A DNA stretch of 64,000 nucleotides, taken from the NCBI RefSeq assembly GCF_000006765.1, contig NC_002516.2, one strand, 5' to 3'. Shown here piece after piece: positions 59,375 to 64,000 of this stretch. The DNA is from Pseudomonas aeruginosa PAO1. GTDB lineage: Bacteria > Pseudomonadota > Gammaproteobacteria > Pseudomonadales > Pseudomonadaceae. Each line of letters opens with the position of its first letter. Position 1 is the stretch's first letter. Made by a program: the position numbers and the translations under genes. The notes below the pieces were generated by a model. The model had not been told where the DNA came from. It did no database searches and saw only the letters and a list, made by a program, of their open reading frames with translations.

Positions 59375-60884
59375 TCACGGTTGGCCTTCGGGCCACTCGA
59401 CCCGCTGCAATGGCGCGCCGCCGCGCCCGAGGCGATGGACGATGCCGCTGCCCCGGCGCAGATCGACCCGCACCAACCGCCCGCCTTCCTCTCCACGGCC
59501 GCTGAGAAGCAGGTTGTGGGCATCCAGGCGGAACAGCCGCTCGGGACGCTCGATGGGCAGCTCCAGGGTCCAGAGCAAGCTGCCGTCGCCAGACACCGAG
59601 CTGAGCAGCAGCTCGCTACGCTCGGCCAGGCTGCGCCGGTGCAGCACCAGCCAGTTGCCGTCGACTCGCCAGGGACGGCGCGCCAACCTGGAATCGCCGC
59701 CCGGCAGCGCCGAGGCATAGCGACGGTACAACGCCTCCTCGCGCGTCTGCTCGTCGCGCCGGCGACGGTACTCGGCATCCGCCGCCGCCTCCAGGTCGGC
59801 GACCCGTTCCCGCCAGGCATCGTGCGCGGCAATCCAGCGTCGCCGTTCCTGGCGGTAGGCGTCACGCGCCGCAAGGAACGCACGGGTACTGGGAAAACGC
59901 TCCACGCGCTCGTCGAACTCTTCCGGCGGCTGCGGCTCGGGCGGCAGCGACGGATGCTGGCGCTGCCGCTCGGACGGTCGCTCGAGCAGCCGCTGCGGCT
60001 CTTCGGCAGCGGCTGGATCGGGCAGCAGGCCAGCCTGCAGGAAGGCCGCGTCGAGCAGCGGACGCAGTCGATTCTCCGCCGGCGACCGCCAATCCAGGGT
60101 GCCCAGTGACAGGCGCTGGCGTCGCGCCCGTTGGTTCGCTGCCGGCAGCGCCTCGCCACGCTCCAGCGCTCGGGCCTCGTGATCGCTGGCGAGGATCAGC
60201 AGGCGTCCGTCGGGCAGGCGCGTCAGGCCCGGCGCCTGCCAGTCGATCCCGGCATTCGCCGGCGGCGGCGGGTCGCCGTGGAAATACCGCGCGGCATCGA
60301 CTTCCGGAGCTTCGCGCAGGGCCAGGCTGTCGCCGTCGAGGAACCAGACGCGGCCGTCCAGCGCGAGCATCAGCAATCCGCCCCGGCCTTCGTCGTAGCG
60401 ATAGGCGTCCTTCCCCCAGGGCGCCGACTTCAACGGCAGGCCGCCAGTGCGCCGCTCCAGCTCGTCGAACGCCAGCGCAGGGGCGGCGTCGCGCCGGTCG
60501 AGTACGTAGAGTTCGTTGCGCAGGAAGAACAGGTAGCGCGACGACTGGCCCAGCAGTTCGCCGGAACCCCCAGTCGTCGCCGCGCTCGTTGTCGGCATCC
60601 AGGCGCATGCTCCAGCGCAGGCTGCCGTCCTCCAGGTCGACCACCTGGGCATAGCTGCGGCTGCTGCCGTGTACCACGCCGTTGTGCACTTCGTTGGCGC
60701 GATAGTCGTCGAGGGTGAACGCCAGGTAGGAATGGCCCTGTTCCTCGAAGACCAGTTGCGGCCCGCTGAACCCGGCCTCGTCGTACTGGCCGAGAATGAA
60801 ATGGATGGCCACCGGCAAACCGACCAGCAGGCCCAGGCCGAGTACCGCCCAGAGGACGGCGAAAAGCGTCGCTCCCTTCTTCAT
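59375..60884 (-). pseudogene. Frameshifted membrane-anchored beta-propeller-like protein (PA2928-like), 502 aa if repaired
   Basis: Sensible N-terminus from ATG 60884 (MKKGATLFAVLWAVLGLGLLVG...DDW) switches frame at a G5 run (60567-60571) into the ORF ending 59375 (GSGELLGQSSRYLFF...); total 1510 nt = 3n+1. Confidence 0.85.
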
Positions 60885-61006
60885 GCAACTCCCATGCGTC
60901 CCGCGATCCTGGGACCGTCCCTCAACTGGCGACGGCATGAACGGCGCATTCTAGGGAGCCGCCGGCCTCGCTTCAAAGGCGGCAAGCGGCCATCAGTGGT
61001 CCATGC

Positions 61007-61621
61007 TCATGGGCTTTTCGCCCCCAGCAGGACGCCGAAACCAACCAGCAGGGCGCCGAAGAACTGGTCGATGCGCCGGCGGAAACGCAGGAGCCGGCCG
61101 CGCACCGCCGGGCTCGAGAGAAAGCAGGCGACCAGGCCGAACCAGGCCACGTGGGCGAGCGCGATGAAGGCCCCGTAGCCCAGTTGCGCCGGCAACGCGG
61201 TATGCGGATCGATCACCTGCATGAACAGGCTGACCACGAACAGGCAGGTCTTCGGATTGAGCGCATTGGTCAGGAAGCCGCTGCGCAACATCGCCCAGGA
61301 CGAAACCCCGGCGCCGCCCGCCGCCTCCTCCGCCACCGAGTCCTCTCGCGCCAGCAGCATGCGCAGGCCGAGGAACACCAGGTAGGCGGCGCCCGCCAGC
61401 TTCAGCGCGGTGAACAGCGCCAGCGACTCGCGCACCAGCACGCCGACGCCGAGGATGCTGTAGCCGACATGTACCGTTACCCCCGCGCCGATGCCCAGCG
61501 CGGTGAGCAGGCCGGCGCGGCGGGAATACAGCAGGCTGTTGCGCGAGACCATGGCGAAATCGGCGCCGGGGCTGATCACCGCAAGCACAGTGATGGTCAG
61601 GAAAGCTAGCAACTCTGTCAT
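61007..61621 (-). CDS. LysE/RhtB-family exporter (PA2929-like)
   Basis: 204 aa from ATG 61621; ISPGADF, TNALNPK. Confidence 0.92.
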   Translation of the reverse strand: MTELLAFLTITVLAVISPGADFAMVSRNSLLYSRRAGLLTALGIGAGVTVHVGYSILGVGVLVRESLALFTALKLAGAAYLVFLGLRMLLAREDSVAEEAAGGAGVSSWAMLRSGFLTNALNPKTCLFVVSLFMQVIDPHTALPAQLGYGAFIALAHVAWFGLVACFLSSPAVRGRLLRFRRRIDQFFGALLVGFGVLLGAKSP

Positions 61622-61686
61622 GCCTGGAAGGCTCCAAGGTAGAATGGACGACACAATCTACCGGTCTCCAGCGCCGAGCGAGAACG

Positions 61687-62613
61687 ATGAATACTGACAA
61701 TCATGGTGAGGAAAACTCACCATTCAGGCGCCGTCGCCTGCCCTCGCTGAACGCCCTGCGCTGCTTCGAGGCCGCCGCCCGCCTGGAGAACTTTTCCCGT
61801 GCCGCCGAGGCCCTGTGCCTGACCCACGGTGCCATCAGCCGCGCCGTGCGGACCCTGGAGGAGGAACTCGGTTGTGCGCTCTTCGAACGCCGCGGCCAGC
61901 GGGTTTTCCTCAGCGAGGCCGGCAGGCGCCTGCTCGCCGGCACCGGCCCGGCCCTCGACCTGATCGAGCGCACCAGCGAGACCCTGCGCGCGGAGGCCGG
62001 CCCCACCGCGCTGGTGCTGTCCTGCGAACCGACCTTGCTGATGCGCTGGCTGATCCCGCGGATCGCCGGATTCATGCAGGAACAGCCACGACTGTCGATC
62101 CAGCTGGTCGCCGGCGGCGGGCCGTTCGCCTTCGGCCACGGCATCGACCTGGCGATCCGCCGCAACGACTTCCTCTGGCCGCCCGGCAGCCATGCCCACT
62201 GGCTGTTCGACGAGCAGGTCGGGCCGGTCTGCCGGGCGAGCGACGTCGAACGGCATTTCCACCTCGATGCAGGACCGCCCGGGCTTCGCGCCGTCGCACC
62301 GCGCCTGCACACGGCGACCCGCCCGCAAGCCTGGAACACCTGGACCCGTCTCGCCGGACAGGCGCCGGCGACGACCGAAGGGCAGCGCTTCGAGCACTTC
62401 TACCTGAGCCTGCAGGCGGCCGGCGCCGGACTCGGCGTAGCCATCGGCCCCTGGCAACTGGTGCGCGACGATCTGTCCGCCGGCCTGCTGGCGGCGCCGC
62501 TGGGATTCCTCGCCGACGGCAGCAGCTATCACCTGCTGACCCCGCGACCGTTGCAGGCCGGAGAGCCTGCCACGCTGCTGCTGGAATGGCTGCGCCGCAG
62601 CGCGGCGGCCTGA
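61687..62613 (+). CDS. GcvA-like LysR regulator (PA2930-like)
   Basis: 308 aa; LPSLNALRCFEAAARLENFSRAAEALCLTHGAISRAVR. Confidence 0.93.
   Translation: MNTDNHGEENSPFRRRRLPSLNALRCFEAAARLENFSRAAEALCLTHGAISRAVRTLEEELGCALFERRGQRVFLSEAGRRLLAGTGPALDLIERTSETLRAEAGPTALVLSCEPTLLMRWLIPRIAGFMQEQPRLSIQLVAGGGPFAFGHGIDLAIRRNDFLWPPGSHAHWLFDEQVGPVCRASDVERHFHLDAGPPGLRAVAPRLHTATRPQAWNTWTRLAGQAPATTEGQRFEHFYLSLQAAGAGLGVAIGPWQLVRDDLSAGLLAAPLGFLADGSSYHLLTPRPLQAGEPATLLLEWLRRSAAA
61703..61723. promoter_or_regulatory. LysR operator inside the 5' end of PA2930
   Basis: Perfect 8-5-8 dyad ATGGTGAG-GAAAA-CTCACCAT. Confidence 0.65.
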
Positions 62614-62623
62614 TGCGGCCCGC

Positions 62624-63214
62624 TCAGGGCCAGGCGCGCAGCGCCCGTTCGACCACCGCCAGCAGGCGCTCGCAAGGCACCCGGTCCTTGGCCTGCACGC
62701 TGAGGCCGAACAGCACGGTGGCATAGAAGGTCGCCAACTCCTCCACGTCGGTGTCCGCCGCCAGGTCGCCGTCAGCGATGCCGCGCCGCATGCGCTCACG
62801 GAACAGGCGGATCGACTCGCCGCGCTCGGCGCTCAACGCGTCCCGCACCGCCTCGCTTTCCGGGGTTCCGGTCAGCGCCGCGAGCACCACCAGGCAACCG
62901 CGCGGGAACTCGTCGGAACAGAAGCGCGCGACGGTCTCGCGGAGCAGCTCGGCCACGCCCTCGCGGGCGCTCGGCGCGCCATCGAGGACATCCCGGCGAT
63001 AGCGGCCGTGCTGGCCGAGATAGTGGGCCAGGGCTTCGCGGAACAGCCCTTCCTTGCTGCCGAAGGCGGCGTACAGGCTGGGCGGCCTGATTTCCATCGC
63101 CTCGGTCAGGGCCGCCAGCGAAGCGCCTTCGTAGCCACGCACCCAGAACACGTCCATGGCTCGCTGCAGGGCTGTGTCCCTGTCGAATGCCCGTGGCCTG
63201 CCTCGCGTTGCCAT
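62624..63214 (-). CDS. cifR: TetR-family epoxide-responsive repressor CifR
   Basis: 196 aa from ATG 63214; GRPRAFDRD, RPPSLYAAFGSKEGLF; divergent from morB. Confidence 0.9.
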   Translation of the reverse strand: MATRGRPRAFDRDTALQRAMDVFWVRGYEGASLAALTEAMEIRPPSLYAAFGSKEGLFREALAHYLGQHGRYRRDVLDGAPSAREGVAELLRETVARFCSDEFPRGCLVVLAALTGTPESEAVRDALSAERGESIRLFRERMRRGIADGDLAADTDVEELATFYATVLFGLSVQAKDRVPCERLLAVVERALRAWP

Positions 63215-63227
63215 CCTGACCTCCATT

Positions 63228-63300
63228 ATTTGTATCGATCACTATAAATTTACTTGACGAGCGTTGCCATCGCCATATTATTTAGCGACCGATACAGATA
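63228..63300. promoter_or_regulatory. Two CifR-type operators overlapping the morB sigma70 promoter
   Basis: ATTTGTATCGATCACTATAAAT (63228-63249) and an inverted related site, reverse complement TGTATCGGTCGCTA (about 63283-63296); TTGACG-N16-TATTAT at 63254-63281. Confidence 0.7.
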
Positions 63301-63339
63301 TTCAAGCCATCTCCCTGCCGCCTTCGAAAGGAAAAGACC

Positions 63340-64000
63340 ATGTCCAACCTGCTCCTCTCCCCGCTCGCCGTAGGCAACCTGGCCTTGCGCAACCGCATTG
63401 TCATGGCGCCGATGACCCGCTCCCGGGCGCAACAGCCGGGCGACGTGCCGACCGCCCTGAACGCTCTCTACTATGCGCAGCGCGCCGGCGCCGGGCTGAT
63501 CGTCAGCGAGGGCACGCAGATTTCCCACCTCGGCCAGGGCTACGCCTACACCCCCGGTATCTACAGCGAGGCGCAACTGGCCGGCTGGCGCCAGGTCACC
63601 GAGGCGGTGCACGCCGCCGGCGGACTGATCGCCGCGCAGCTCTGGCATGTCGGGCGCATGTCGCATCGCTCGCTGCAGGCCGGCGGCGAGGCGCCGATCG
63701 CGCCCTCGCCGATCCAGGCCAAGGCCCAGGTGTTCATCGCCGATGGCCAGGGCGGCGGATCCATGGCGCCGGCCGACGCGCCGCGGGAAATGACCCTGGA
63801 AGACATCCGCCGGGTCCGCGACGAATTCGTCCGCGCCGCACGCAACGCGCTCGACGCCGGCTTCGACCTGGTCGAGCTGCATGGCGCCAATGGCTACCTG
63901 ATCGACCAGTTCCTCGCCAGCGCCAGCAACCGGCGCAGCGATGCCTATGGCGGTAGCCTGGAGAACCGCGCGCGGTTCCTGCTGGAGATCGTCGACGCGC
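63340..64000 (+). CDS. morB: Old yellow enzyme family ene-reductase (morphinone reductase); 3' partial
   Basis: From ATG 63340: LRNRIVMAPMTRSRA, YYAQRA, GLIVSEGT, QLWHVGR, ELHGANGYLIDQFL, RSDAYGGSLENRARF. Confidence 0.93.
   Translation, partial: MSNLLLSPLAVGNLALRNRIVMAPMTRSRAQQPGDVPTALNALYYAQRAGAGLIVSEGTQISHLGQGYAYTPGIYSEAQLAGWRQVTEAVHAAGGLIAAQLWHVGRMSHRSLQAGGEAPIAPSPIQAKAQVFIADGQGGGSMAPADAPREMTLEDIRRVRDEFVRAARNALDAGFDLVELHGANGYLIDQFLASASNRRSDAYGGSLENRARFLLEIVDA

Noticed and set aside
57988-60884. PA2927/PA2928 as a definite T6SS effector-immunity pair
   Set aside because: The genes are convergent rather than co-transcribed, and there is no vgrG, PAAR, adaptor or MIX motif nearby; retained only as a hypothesis to test
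1-64000. Horizontally acquired island, prophage, tRNA/rRNA or defence system
   Set aside because: GC content and codon style look uniform by eye, gene order is that of the P. aeruginosa core, and no integrase, transposase, phage or nuclease motifs were seen

Overview
High-GC (about 68-70%) Pseudomonas aeruginosa core-chromosome segment. Gene order and protein lengths match my recollection of PAO1 loci ~PA2871-PA2932; locus tags are from recognition, not a search. Contents, left to right: thioesterase/CHAD/tgpA/DUF58/MoxR operon, pyrF, LysR regulators including bvlR, a PACE efflux gene, a CBS-domain histidine kinase with a tandem-receiver regulator, the acyclic terpene utilisation cluster (atuR, atuA-H), the sbrIR ECF sigma/anti-sigma pair, a MocR regulator, an atypical LuxR regulator, a lipoprotein/SBP module, cobalamin genes (cobGHIJ, cobL-cbiD-cobK), mntP, a TonB/ABC metal-chelate importer, three riboswitches and a Zur box, an MCP, an amidohydrolase-hisJQMP unit, and cifR-morB. 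I saw no rRNA, tRNA, CRISPR array, IS, prophage or low-GC island, so no wholly new multi-gene system is evident. The most notable observations are: (i) a 70-nt ungapped promoter homology shared by the bvlR-divergent gene (7191-7260) and an SDR gene 42 kb away (49404-49473), implying a hidden regulon; (ii) a +1 frameshift in a G5 run that splits the PA2928-like gene and hides its membrane anchor; (iii) a 5'-truncated GNAT remnant abutting an uncharacterised lipase-like gene; (iv) stacked Zur plus B12-riboswitch control of a TonB/ABC importer, back-to-back with a Mn riboswitch.
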